Program-made: the position numbers and the translations under genes
Notes under the pieces: model-generated
What the model saw: the letters and a program-made list of their open reading frames with translations, nothing else
Told to the model about the DNA's origin: nothing
Database searches by the model: none
From: an uncultured bacterium
GTDB taxonomy: Bacteria > Bacteroidota > Rhodothermia > Rhodothermales > DASSAV01
Length of the DNA stretch: 64,000 nt
Assembly: GCA_966250015.1 (NCBI GenBank)
Contig: CBINFS010000001.1
Coordinates: forward strand, 231,309-295,308
Direction of reading: 5' to 3'
Part shown: positions 11,160 through 21,050 of the stretch, piece after piece
Layout of the letters: the number at the start of each line of letters is the position of its first letter
Numbering within the stretch: position 1 is the stretch's first letter

Positions 11160-11690
11160 TTTCCTCGGGATGACAAAGTGGAGTGACAGGAATGGCAATG
11201 AGGCCAGATACCTGCCCATACCTCTCTACTTGTCATTCCGAACCCGCAAAGCGGGTGAGGAATCTTCCCGAAGTGCGGCCATTCTGGTAGGCTCCAGAGG
11301 CGAATGCTTCCGTATGTTCCGGCATGGCCGGGATGACGTGGTGTTGGGAGTGTGGTGAGTGAAAACGATCACGTTGGGAGAGGCTTAAGCGTAATAAAAT
11401 TAAGTCATTCCGGACTTGATCCGGAATCCAGGAGGGAGCTGCGCGAGGCCAATCCGTTAAGTCTGATAGAACCGTTGCCAGGATCTCCGCATTCGCGGAG
11501 ATGACGTGTTGGGTAAGGTTGAAGTACAATATCACGTCCCGCCTTCGGTCTCCATCTCATCAAAAAATCATCTGCGCTAATCTGCGCCATCGGCGGATTT
11601 TTTAAGCCTTCGCGTGTGTCCTATCAGTCAAAGTCAGGGGGTACCCGTTCTCAATTGTGATCCACCGTCAAGTCATCCCCTGGGGACTCG
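11160..11690. repeat. Non-coding region with two tandem ~115-nt paralogous structured elements and six copies of an 8-mer GTCAT(T/C)CC / GGGATGAC
   Basis: The box GTCATTCC occurs at 11232 and 11404, GTCATCCC at 11672, and the complement GGGATGAC / GAGATGAC at 11168, 11330 and 11497. Unit 1 (11230-11348) and unit 2 (11402-11513) share the order 5' box -> ATTCC...GGAAT hairpin -> GGCCA(A/T)TC -> short hairpin -> GATGACGTG(G)TGTTGGG. The hairpins differ in sequence but keep base-pairing. Confidence 0.6.
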
Positions 11691-11901
11691 TTGTATGTAG
11701 CCTCCAGCCGATAGGCGTGTGCAGCATTTTGAACAGAATGGGCGCAACGGCTTGGATCGCTATCTTTCGATTCAAACAGTTTGACGGCGGGTAGGCCGAT
11801 TTCGAGCATTAAATCCGTCAGGGTACGGATTTTGCGTTAAGAATGGGTGGGTGTGCGAAAGCGCTACGTTCAATCACCGTACACTCGACCACCTTCCTGC
11901 C

Positions 11902-12381
11902 ATGCGAAAACCAATTTTGCTAATCGCCGTAGCCGGTCTGAGCCTGCTGTTTCTCTTCGGATGTTCGCCCTACGGGTACACCTCGGTGATGCGGTTCCCG
12001 GATGAATGGCACAGGCGTGCCAGGAACTATGGTTACCGCGTCGATCAAGACGTGCGCGAATACGTCCGTTTCGTCGATCGGCACGTGGGCTTGAGTAATC
12101 AGCAAGCGCGCCGGATCGACCGGATGCTCACCGAGCGGACGTACCGGTTGATCGAGCGTAGCCGCAACCCGGAACGTGTATATCCCTTTCCTCGTCGCTA
12201 CGTCAGGGACCAGAATAACACCGAGCGTCGATTCTGGCGGTCTGCCGACGCGACCATCGAGCGGTATCTCGACCGAAGACAGCGACGGGAGTATCGTGAT
12301 CTCGTCCGCCGAGAGTTCCAAAGTCGGGACCGTTACGACCGTCGATATGATCGGAATGATCGTCGCTACGATCGGGATTAG
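11902..12381 (+). CDS. Lipoprotein, Arg/Asp/Tyr-rich with C-terminal RYDR repeats
   Basis: Signal peptide with lipobox (LLFLFGCSP). The C-terminus reads RDRYDRRYDRNDRRYDRD. It is the first gene downstream of the repeat region. Confidence 0.6.
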   Translation: MRKPILLIAVAGLSLLFLFGCSPYGYTSVMRFPDEWHRRARNYGYRVDQDVREYVRFVDRHVGLSNQQARRIDRMLTERTYRLIERSRNPERVYPFPRRYVRDQNNTERRFWRSADATIERYLDRRQRREYRDLVRREFQSRDRYDRRYDRNDRRYDRD

Positions 12382-12514
12382 CCGCCCGACCATGGCCAAA
12401 ATTTGAACGATAGCCTCCTACTGCCAGAGAAAAGCCCCACTACCCGATTTGCCGGATAGTGGGGCTTTTCGGTCCTTTTCACCTCTTCTGATACGAGGCA
12501 ACCGGATTCGATTC

Positions 12515-13933
12515 CTAGAGACGGACCGTAACGGTGGCGGCCACGATGTTCGCGCCGAAGCTGTAAACACCCGAGTTCAGGGCCGTCGTGGGACGTTGTC
12601 CTGGCGCAGCGTCGACGATGCGTCCGTCACGATCCGACTGGTGCAGGTACTGATACGCCGCATTGATCTCGACGGACGGGACCGGCTGCCAGCCTAGGCC
12701 GATGGTAAACTCGACGCGTGATGCTTCCGGAAGCAGCGGGGTGACGGTCTCGTCGGGCGCTGCCGCTCCGTGTGTGAGAAAGCCGCCCCGTACTTTCCAG
12801 GCGTCGTTCAGCGCATACTCGGCGCCAAGCCGGATCGCGTGCGTGTCGCTGTATCCTTCATATTGTTCGAGATCGGGTGCGTTCTCAAGGTCGACAACGA
12901 TTTCATCGAAGGTCGACCATCCGGACCACTGGTAGTCGGCGAAGAGGGCGAGGCTGTTCGTCGCCTGGAAGCTCGCGCCGGCAACGAACTGGGCGGGCAT
13001 CGTGATTTCAGTGGTTCCGGACTGTGCACCAAGCGCTCCGCCCGTACCGAAGATGCCGCTACCCAGGAGCACCGCGTCGATCGGGGCGCCAGCTAGTGGG
13101 CCCAGCGCCGGGTTCTGGGGAAGTGACAGCCCGGTTGGGATCTGTTCGAACTCGGCATCTCCTTCATACTCGATTTTGACCGGCAGCAGGTACCGTGCAC
13201 CCAGGCTTACCCGATCGGTTGCCTTGAACTGGACGCCGAAGTGCCCGCCAAAACCTGTTGCGCCGCTCGCCGAAATTTTTGCTTCCGCAAAGTCCGTGCG
13301 CAGCGGTACGCCGAGCTGCTGAAACGTCAGGCCGGCGCCCGGGACGGTTTGCTGCGAGAGGTCGAGGCGCCTGTTGAGCTCCACGCCTGCGATGACGTAC
13401 GTAAAGCCTGCTCCGACCGAAAGCTGCTCGGTGATCCGGTATGCAACGGTCGGCTGGACGTAGATGGATTGCAGGCTGTTGTCGAACCCGAGGAAGCGGC
13501 CGTCGAAGTCCAGCGGCCACTGCGTCCCAAGGCCGTACGGTACGTACACGCCGAGTCCTGCAGCAAACCGCTCGTTGAAGCCGTACGTGGCATACACGTG
13601 CGGGACGAAGGACGGGTCGTTCTGAAGCTCGCTAGCCCTGCCAGACTGGTTATCGGTGAACTCTCCGAAAGGGGCGATGACCGTCGTTCCGATGCTGAGG
13701 GTCAGGCCGGTGCGATTGACGATACCTGCCGGGTTATAAAAAACGGCCGAGCCGTCGTCGCACGTGCTCGCCACCGTGGCGCCCGCGCGACCGGTGGCAC
13801 AGGTGCCATGCTCGTAAACGGAGAATCCCTGTGCAGCGGCGCTGTGGGTGAAAACCGGGGCGAGAAGCACCCCGATTAGCAGTAAGCCGCCAAGAAGGCT
13901 TCTCCTCGTTAAAAACAGTAGCTTTTCCAGCAT
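12515..13933 (-). CDS. FadL/TodX/OmpP1-family outer membrane transporter for hydrophobic compounds
   Basis: Signal peptide followed by an N-terminal GFSVYEHG...GRAGATVAS..DDGSAVFYNPAGI region typical of the FadL family, and a beta-rich remainder. Confidence 0.65.
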   Translation of the reverse strand: MLEKLLFLTRRSLLGGLLLIGVLLAPVFTHSAAAQGFSVYEHGTCATGRAGATVASTCDDGSAVFYNPAGIVNRTGLTLSIGTTVIAPFGEFTDNQSGRASELQNDPSFVPHVYATYGFNERFAAGLGVYVPYGLGTQWPLDFDGRFLGFDNSLQSIYVQPTVAYRITEQLSVGAGFTYVIAGVELNRRLDLSQQTVPGAGLTFQQLGVPLRTDFAEAKISASGATGFGGHFGVQFKATDRVSLGARYLLPVKIEYEGDAEFEQIPTGLSLPQNPALGPLAGAPIDAVLLGSGIFGTGGALGAQSGTTEITMPAQFVAGASFQATNSLALFADYQWSGWSTFDEIVVDLENAPDLEQYEGYSDTHAIRLGAEYALNDAWKVRGGFLTHGAAAPDETVTPLLPEASRVEFTIGLGWQPVPSVEINAAYQYLHQSDRDGRIVDAAPGQRPTTALNSGVYSFGANIVAATVTVRL

Positions 13934-14318
13934 GTTTTCCTCCTTTTCAAATGGACAGGCGGACGATAAAAAATGGCTGCCCGGCCTAACCTGTTCTGCG
14001 AAACCGGCAGATGACGAGGCACAACAAGTAATCCATAGGATCGGAAATGCCGTTCCTGTTAAGTTCTTCGTGCTCGATCCCTGCCGTTTTTAAATTGGGT
14101 TTGTGTCAAATCCGATGAAAAGTAGGTAAACGGAATCTGAACGTCCAGTCACTTTGGCTTCGTACGCTTTCTTTAGCGGACGAGCAGTCTCCGAGAATGG
14201 CTGCTACACTCTGAATCAGGCGAACGTTTTGTCTTTTGAGTGTCCGTGTTGCGATGACAGGAATACCGCCCTATTTTTGAATCTTGCTTGAAGAAGGAAT
14301 TTTAATCGTAATCAGTCC

Positions 14319-15692
14319 ATGACACAGCCTACAAAGATCATTCTCGCAGAGAAAGACGCTCCCACACACTGGTACAACATCGCGGCAGACATGCCTGCGC
14401 TTGGGATTGAGATGCCCCCCGTATTGCATCCCGGCACCCATCAACCGATCGGTCCTGACGACCTCGCACCGCTCTTCCCCATGGCCCTGATCCAGCAGGA
14501 AGTCAGCACGGAACGGTACATCGAGATTCCGGACGAGGTGCGGGAGGTTTATCGACTCTGGCGGCCGACCCCTCTGATTCGGGCGCGTCACTGGGAAAAA
14601 GCGTTGGACACCCCTGCGGAGATCTATTACAAATATGAAGGCGTGAGCCCGTCGGGGAGCCACAAGACCAACACGGCCCTTGCGCAGGCGTATTACAACG
14701 CAAGGGAAGGTACGAAACGGATCACGACGGAAACGGGAGCGGGGCAGTGGGGCAGCGCCCTGAGCTATGCCTGCCAGATTTTTGGGATCGAGTGCAAAGT
14801 GTACATGGTGCGGGTGAGCTACGAGCAGAAGCCGTACCGGCGCATCCTGATGGAGACGATGGGCGCCACGGTCATCCCTTCGCCGAGCCGTGAAACGCAG
14901 GCCGGCCGGGCAATCCTTGCCGAGCATCCGGACAGCTCCGGCAGCCTCGGCATCGCCATCAGCGAGGCGGTCGAGGAGGCTGTGTCGCGTGACGACACGC
15001 ACTATTCGCTGGGTAGCGTCCTGAACCACGTGATGCTACACCAGACGGTGATCGGTCAGGAGGTGATCAAGCAGCTCGAGCTGATCGGAGCCGACTGGCC
15101 GGACGTGGTGGTGGGCTGCACGGGAGGCGGCAGCAATTTCGCCGGCCTCGCCTTCCCATTCCTTGGCGCCATGGTGGAGCGGGGAGCGAAGACGCGGATC
15201 CTGGCCGTTGAGCCGTCGGCCTCCCCAAGCCTCACGCGGGGCAAATACGCATACGACTTTGGCGACACGGCACGCCTGACGCCCCTGGTGAAAATGTATA
15301 CCCTGGGCCACGACTTCGTCCCCGCGCCCATTCACGCGGGCGGGCTCCGTTATCACGGCATGAGCCCGCAGGTCAGCGCACTTCATCACAAGGGTTTGCT
15401 CGACGCCCGTGCCGCGAAACAGAACGAAATTTTTGAGGCCAACGTCAGTTTTGCGCGAGCCGAGGGCATTCTTCCAGCGCCTGAAACCGGTCATGCCGTC
15501 TGGGGCGCCATGAAAGAAGCGCTCGAAGCCCGTGAGCGGGGAGAGCGACGTACGATCGTGCTCGGCCTCAGCGGACACGGCCACTTCGACCTTAGCTCTT
15601 ACGAGGCGTACCTGTCCGGCAAGCTTGAGGATTACGAGTATCCCGAGGAGCAGGTAGAAGCCAGCCTGGCCGCCTTGCCGCAATTTGATTGA
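14319..15692 (+). CDS. trpB2: TrpB-like PLP-dependent enzyme (tryptophan synthase beta chain type 2)
   Basis: A 457-aa ORF with a long N-terminal extension (WYNIAADMP...), the PLP lysine region ([15 protein letters not shown]) and a glycine-rich loop ([11 protein letters not shown]). Confidence 0.85.
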   Translation: MTQPTKIILAEKDAPTHWYNIAADMPALGIEMPPVLHPGTHQPIGPDDLAPLFPMALIQQEVSTERYIEIPDEVREVYRLWRPTPLIRARHWEKALDTPAEIYYKYEGVSPSGSHKTNTALAQAYYNAREGTKRITTETGAGQWGSALSYACQIFGIECKVYMVRVSYEQKPYRRILMETMGATVIPSPSRETQAGRAILAEHPDSSGSLGIAISEAVEEAVSRDDTHYSLGSVLNHVMLHQTVIGQEVIKQLELIGADWPDVVVGCTGGGSNFAGLAFPFLGAMVERGAKTRILAVEPSASPSLTRGKYAYDFGDTARLTPLVKMYTLGHDFVPAPIHAGGLRYHGMSPQVSALHHKGLLDARAAKQNEIFEANVSFARAEGILPAPETGHAVWGAMKEALEARERGERRTIVLGLSGHGHFDLSSYEAYLSGKLEDYEYPEEQVEASLAALPQFD

Positions 15693-15876
15693 CCCTGGAT
15701 AATCCCGGGAAGGCAGACAGAAAAACCGGAAAGGCCCTGACGCACAGACGCTGTGGTCGGGGCTTTTCCGTGTGGTAAACGATTCTTTATAAAAACCTTG
15801 TTTTGGCGATTGGCTTCCATCGGCTACCTTACCGTTTGACGGCCCGTCCAGGCACCCTTCACGCACCCGGTCGCCC

Positions 15877-18081
15877 ATGAAAAGCGGATATTTTGTTCTC
15901 TTTGTACTCTTTCTCTATTCAGTGCCCGCCTGGTCGCAGGATCTGGCGCCGATGCAAGTGGATCGGGTCAACGGGCCGATTCAGCTCGACGGACTGCCCT
16001 TCGAGCCGGCGTGGGATGCCATCGAGCCGTTGCCTCTCATCCAGTACGAACCCAACCCCGGTGAACCGGCGACGGAAAAAACGGAGATACGTATCGCCTA
16101 CGACGACGAGTACATCTATTTCTCGATGCGGGCATACGATTCGGACAAGACGGGCATCCGGGCCAATACCCTCTACCGGGACGATCTGAGCGGGGACGAT
16201 CACTTCGAGATTCTGCTCGACACCTTCAACGACAACGAGACAGGCCTCGTCTTTACGACGACCCCTGCCGGCATCCGAAGAGAAGCGGCGGTTTCGAACG
16301 ACGCGAGCGGAGCTTTTAGCGCGTGGTTGAACGTGAGCTTCAACACCTTCTGGGACGTCAAATCCGTCGTCGACGAGCGAGGCTGGTTCACCGAGCTCCG
16401 AATTCCGTTTTCGAGCCTTCGTTTCCAGGACGATAACGGGCGCGTCGTGATGGGATTCAGCGTGCAGCGCAAAATCGCACGCCGCTCGGAGCGGTTGATC
16501 TACCCGCCCGTTTCGCCGAGCATTTCGTGGGGTTTCTTGAAGCCGTCGCTGGCACGCAAGATCGTGTTCGAGGGCGTCTACAGCCGTAAGCCGCTCTACG
16601 TTACCCCTTATGCCTTGAGCGGGCTCGAGCACGCCAGCGGCTTCGATGCGCTCGACAAATCGTGGGGCGAGGACGAGTTCAAGCGGGAAATCGGCGTCGA
16701 CCTGAAATACGGGATCACGAACAATCTCACGCTCGACCTGACCGTCAATACCGATTTTGCGCAGGTGGAAGCCGACGACCAGCTGGTCAATCTGACCCGA
16801 TTTTCGCTCTTTTATCCTGAAAAGCGACAGTTCTTTCAGGAACGCGCCGGGATATTCGAATTCAACACGGGCGGATTGAGCCGCCTTTTCCACAGCAGGA
16901 GGATCGGACTTACTGACGACGGGCAGCCGGTGCGGTTGCTGGGTGGAGCCAGAGTCGTTGGGCGGGTCGGCGATTGGGACCTGGGCTTCATCAACATGCA
17001 GACCGATGAATACCGGGATATTCCGTCGGAGAACTTCGGGGTCCTTCGCGTGAGACGACGCTTCCTGAACGACTATTCGTTTGCCGGAGGTATGGTGACG
17101 AACCGAATTGGTCTGGACGGCACCTACTCGACGGCGTACGGGCTCGACAGTAACATCCGGTTGTTTGGCGACGATTACCTCTCGATTCAGTGGGCGCAGA
17201 CGTTCGACGACCGGATCGTCGACTCCGGTGATTTGAATGGCATCAACTCGGGCCGCGTCAATGCGCTCGTCGAGCGTCGGCGGAGGCAGGGGTTCGGGTA
17301 TGCGACCGGCCTTACCTGGTCGGGACCCCACTTCAACCCGGGTCTCGGTTTTATCCAGCGGTCGGACTTTTCGATGTTTGATCAGACCGTTTCGTATAGC
17401 TGGATACCGGGGTTGACGTCCAGTCTGCTCTGGCACACGCTTGGTTTCCAGGGCGCCGTGTACCTGCGGAATCAGGATCGTTCGGTCGAAACGGCTGAGA
17501 TCGGGCCAGAATACACGTTTGGCCGCAGGTCGGGTTCGACTGGGACTGTCGAGCTCAAGATGATTTACGAGGACCTTCTGTTTCCCTTCTCGCTATCGAA
17601 CGACGCCGTCGTCCCGGCCGGGAGCTACACGTTTTACCAGGCCAACGTGCAGTACCGGATGCCCCAGACGAGTCTCAAACAGATGGGCTTAAACCTCAAC
17701 GTGGGCTCGTTTTACGACGGGCACCGGATCTCAGCCGGATTCACCCCGGCGTGGTACGTATCGAAGCACCTGCGGCTCAGCGGCGAGTACACCTACAATC
17801 TCGTCCGTTTTCCGGATCGCGACCAGCGCTTCGACGCCCACATCGCCCGCCTTCGCATCGGGACCGCGCTGAACACGGCGCTTTCGACGAACGCCTTCGT
17901 GCAATACAACAGTGCGTCCCGGGCGTTCTCGGCCAACGTCAGGTTCCGTTACAACTTCAGGGAAGGGAACGATCTGTGGATCGTGTTCAGCCGGAACGAT
18001 TGGGTGAACATGCGGCCCGTGTTGCCGCTTGCAGACACGCAGACGATCCTCTTGAAGTACACCTACACCTTCGACATGTAG
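15877..18081 (+). CDS. DUF5916-family secreted/outer-membrane protein with N-terminal CBM9-like domain
   Basis: Signal peptide, then a CBM9-like segment (DGLPFEPAWDAIEPL..., YIYFSMRAYD) and a long beta-rich C-terminal region. It is paralogous to the partial ORF at 62673-64000. Confidence 0.65.
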   Translation: MKSGYFVLFVLFLYSVPAWSQDLAPMQVDRVNGPIQLDGLPFEPAWDAIEPLPLIQYEPNPGEPATEKTEIRIAYDDEYIYFSMRAYDSDKTGIRANTLYRDDLSGDDHFEILLDTFNDNETGLVFTTTPAGIRREAAVSNDASGAFSAWLNVSFNTFWDVKSVVDERGWFTELRIPFSSLRFQDDNGRVVMGFSVQRKIARRSERLIYPPVSPSISWGFLKPSLARKIVFEGVYSRKPLYVTPYALSGLEHASGFDALDKSWGEDEFKREIGVDLKYGITNNLTLDLTVNTDFAQVEADDQLVNLTRFSLFYPEKRQFFQERAGIFEFNTGGLSRLFHSRRIGLTDDGQPVRLLGGARVVGRVGDWDLGFINMQTDEYRDIPSENFGVLRVRRRFLNDYSFAGGMVTNRIGLDGTYSTAYGLDSNIRLFGDDYLSIQWAQTFDDRIVDSGDLNGINSGRVNALVERRRRQGFGYATGLTWSGPHFNPGLGFIQRSDFSMFDQTVSYSWIPGLTSSLLWHTLGFQGAVYLRNQDRSVETAEIGPEYTFGRRSGSTGTVELKMIYEDLLFPFSLSNDAVVPAGSYTFYQANVQYRMPQTSLKQMGLNLNVGSFYDGHRISAGFTPAWYVSKHLRLSGEYTYNLVRFPDRDQRFDAHIARLRIGTALNTALSTNAFVQYNSASRAFSANVRFRYNFREGNDLWIVFSRNDWVNMRPVLPLADTQTILLKYTYTFDM

Positions 18082-18104
18082 CGCTTGGGCGCCGGGAGGT
18101 AAGG

Positions 18105-18422
18105 TCATTCTTCTTCGCCTTTCGATCCCGGCAGGCCGGTGTGGGAGCCGTCTCCTTCTGAAATCTCGTCGAGCAGCTCCTCAGCCTGCTCTCCGACCTG
18201 TTCGAGAATGTCGATTGCGGAGTCGGTCGGGCGTTCGAGGATCACGAGGGCTGCCAGGCACATCGATGGAGCGTCTCCCTGGTGAGCGCCGTAAGCGGCT
18301 CCTCCCATCGGGCTCACGTGCGCTACCCGCCAGCCCCGGCCGAGGTGGATGTTGAGCTCGTCCAGACCGCGTGTTTTGACAGTGTCGGTGGTTACGATCA
18401 GCGCTTTTTGCTCGGTTTTCAT
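18105..18422 (-). CDS. Small hypothetical protein with acidic C-terminus
   Basis: A 105-aa ORF with good coding composition. No family was recognised. Confidence 0.4.
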   Translation of the reverse strand: MKTEQKALIVTTDTVKTRGLDELNIHLGRGWRVAHVSPMGGAAYGAHQGDAPSMCLAALVILERPTDSAIDILEQVGEQAEELLDEISEGDGSHTGLPGSKGEEE

Positions 18423-18681
18423 AGTATCCTCGGCCTTCTATTCTCGACCCGCAACCCCTCAAAAATGCATGGATGCGCAGTAAAAACAGGTATCCCGGTG
18501 GTCACCTTCGCGATGCCCCGAGTGACCCGTGGAACGAAGCAGACTTCACGTCATTAATGGCGTTCACTTAAAAGCATTATCGGGCCCTGTGCGTGCCGTT
18601 ACTCGATTCGACCCACAACCGACGGCGTGGGTTTCGATGGGAGACGGCCTGCGATTTAAGCTAAAGAACATCGTTCAAAGA

Positions 18682-19674
18682 ATGCGGGTCGGGTTGGTAT
18701 ACGATTTATTCGAGGACTACCCCTGGGCAGAGGGAGACCCGTCCGATGCCGATGCCGAAAACGAGCCCGTCGAAACCGTTGAGGCGATCGCTGAGGCCGT
18801 TCGGATACTCGGCCACAAACCGGTTTCCATTGGCAGTGCATTCGACGTGTTGAAGCACCTGGGCAAGATCGACGTGGACGTCGTCGTCAACATCGCCGAG
18901 GGGGCTGGCAGCCGCAATCGAGAAGGATTCGTACCGACGCTGCTGGAAATGGCGGGGATCCCGTACCTCGGCTCTGATGCCCTGACGCTTTCCCTGAGCC
19001 TGGACAAAGCGTGGACGAAGGACCTTGCCGTGGCCGCGGGAATACCGACGCCGCCCTACCGGGTTTATTCGTCTGTTTCTGAAGTCGACACAGGCGACCT
19101 GCCCGGGCTGTTTCCGCTTTTCGTCAAGCCCCGCTATGAGGGGTCGTCGAAAGGCATTTTTGCCACGAGCCGCGTGGACGACGCAGAGTCTCTTTTGCGC
19201 GAGGTGGAGCGGATTACGACGGAATATCGGCAGGATGCCCTCGTCGAGGTTTTCATCGAGGGGGGAGGTGAATTCACCGTGTGTATCACGGGAAACGACT
19301 CGCCGGAGGCTTTCCCTGTACTTCAGCGGGCCGTGGAGCGGGCAACTCGTATCGGTCTCCACGCGTTGGAGCACCGGGGTGCACCAGCCGGCGAGTGGGA
19401 CTACCTTCTCGAAGGGAGCATCACCCCGAAACTCGAGCGACGCCTTCAGAAGGACGCGGTGCGCATTTACGAAAAGCTCGAGTGCAAAGATTTCGCGAGG
19501 GTGGACTTTCGTGTGGACGGAAAGGGCAAGCCCTGGTTTCTGGAAATCAATCCCTTACCCACTTTTGCAACGGATGGCACCTTTGCCATCGTGGCGGAGC
19601 TGATCGGCAAGCCCTATCCGGAGTTTCTGGCGAGTGTTCTGCGAAAAGGCTTCAAACGACTGGGGTTCGACTAA
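18682..19674 (+). CDS. D-alanine--D-alanine ligase-like ATP-grasp enzyme
   Basis: Ddl-like N-domain (RVGLVYDLF...EAVRILGHKPVSIG) and ATP-grasp fold (FPLFVKPRYEGSSKGI..., FLEINPLP). The start is taken at MRVGLVYD. Confidence 0.75.
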   Translation: MRVGLVYDLFEDYPWAEGDPSDADAENEPVETVEAIAEAVRILGHKPVSIGSAFDVLKHLGKIDVDVVVNIAEGAGSRNREGFVPTLLEMAGIPYLGSDALTLSLSLDKAWTKDLAVAAGIPTPPYRVYSSVSEVDTGDLPGLFPLFVKPRYEGSSKGIFATSRVDDAESLLREVERITTEYRQDALVEVFIEGGGEFTVCITGNDSPEAFPVLQRAVERATRIGLHALEHRGAPAGEWDYLLEGSITPKLERRLQKDAVRIYEKLECKDFARVDFRVDGKGKPWFLEINPLPTFATDGTFAIVAELIGKPYPEFLASVLRKGFKRLGFD

Positions 19675-19712
19675 AAATTGAATGCCTGACGGACAGGCTG
19701 TAGGAGACGGGC

Positions 19713-20918
19713 ATGATTAATGGATCCTTACAAAACGGGATCGATCCGGAACGGATGACGGAGTGGAGAGACTGGAAGTGGCAAATGCGCAACCGTATCC
19801 ACCGCGAAGAGACGCTCCGGCAGTACATCAATCCAACTGACGACGAGCTTGCGGCGATCGAGGCGACGCGCAACGTATTCCGGTGGAATATCACGCCCTA
19901 TTACGCCTCGTTGATGGATCCCGACGACCCCGAGTGTCCCATCCGGCGTCAGGTCGTTCCGCGGATGAGTGAGCTGGAGCCGGACATCGTCGGGGTGATC
20001 GATCCGCTGGAGGAAGTTGCCCATTCACCGGTAAAGAATCTGATTCACAACTATCGAGATCGGGTTGCTTTTTGTGTAACGGCTGAATGTGCCATTTACT
20101 GCCGGTACTGCCTTCGGAAGCGTATGGTGGGCGACGCGGATCATTTCCTGAACCGGGAGGAGGTTCAGGCCGCCATCGATTACATTGCGGCGCATAGTGA
20201 AATCCGCGACGTGCTGTTGACGGGTGGCGATCCGCTGACGTTCAGCGATAAAAATCTGGACTGGCTGCTCGGGCGATTGCGGGCGATCCCGCACGTCGAG
20301 GTGATCCGGATCGGGTCGCGGATGCCGGTCAAGCTGCCGTATCGTATTACACCGGAGCTTTGTGAGGTTTTGTCTGCGCACCATCCGATCTGGCTGAACA
20401 CCCATTTCAATCACCCGAAGGAGCTGACCACGGATGCGGCCGAAGCGGTGGATCGGCTTTTGAGGGCGGGTGTACCGGTCGGGAATCAGACGGTCTTGCT
20501 CCGGGGCATCAACGACCGCGTTGAGACGATGCAAAAACTTCTGGAGGGGCTGGTAGGGATGCGCGTGCGTCCCTATTATCTTTACCAGGCTCAGGTACTT
20601 GGTGGGACTGCCCACTTCCGGACGTCGATCGAAAAGGGGATCGAGATTATGAAGGCGTTGCAGGGGCGTACGACGGGTTTTGCCATCCCGAAATACGTGC
20701 TCGATACGCCTTACGGCAAGGTGCCCCTGAACGGTACGTACATCCGCGGTCGGTGCGGGGACTACGTCATTATGGAGACCTACAGCGGGCAGTTGTGGGC
20801 AGAACCCAATCCGATTCCACCCGGATCGTCGTGTTCTTACCGATTGCCGGAGATTGAATGGCCGGAAGGGGTGGATACCATCCCGACCGGCGCCCCTACT
20901 TTCATACCGGTACAGTAG
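19713..20918 (+). CDS. KamA-family radical SAM lysine 2,3-aminomutase
   Basis: Radical SAM CxxxCxxC (CAIYCRYC), the KamA N-terminal region (WKWQMRNRI...) and a C-terminal Zn-binding Cys cluster. Confidence 0.88.
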   Translation: MINGSLQNGIDPERMTEWRDWKWQMRNRIHREETLRQYINPTDDELAAIEATRNVFRWNITPYYASLMDPDDPECPIRRQVVPRMSELEPDIVGVIDPLEEVAHSPVKNLIHNYRDRVAFCVTAECAIYCRYCLRKRMVGDADHFLNREEVQAAIDYIAAHSEIRDVLLTGGDPLTFSDKNLDWLLGRLRAIPHVEVIRIGSRMPVKLPYRITPELCEVLSAHHPIWLNTHFNHPKELTTDAAEAVDRLLRAGVPVGNQTVLLRGINDRVETMQKLLEGLVGMRVRPYYLYQAQVLGGTAHFRTSIEKGIEIMKALQGRTTGFAIPKYVLDTPYGKVPLNGTYIRGRCGDYVIMETYSGQLWAEPNPIPPGSSCSYRLPEIEWPEGVDTIPTGAPTFIPVQ

Positions 20919-21050
20919 GGCAGTGTTCGAGGAGGAGTGTGGAGGTCAGGTGTGGCGAAACGTTTGACTTTGCCTGTATGTGCTGGTAGATTGAGCACCT
21001 TCCTACTACTCTCATTACTTAATTCTTAACGGCCTCACTCATTCTGCCGT

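Noticed and set aside
11398-11520. Glycine riboswitch, RNase P, tmRNA and 6S as identities for the tandem elements
   Set aside because: No GGAGAG/ACCGAAGG glycine-aptamer boxes, no RNase P CR-I/CR-V strings in the correct order, no tmRNA tag ORF or T-arm, and no tRNA-like ends. A partial SRP-like resemblance is noted in findings, but the duplication and the lack of a GNRA apical loop make a canonical ffs gene unlikely.
15919-17436. 505-aa ORF antisense to the DUF5916 gene
   Set aside because: Arg/Pro-rich, low-complexity translation typical of antisense frames in high-GC DNA. The sense strand has a signal peptide and the CBM9-like domain.
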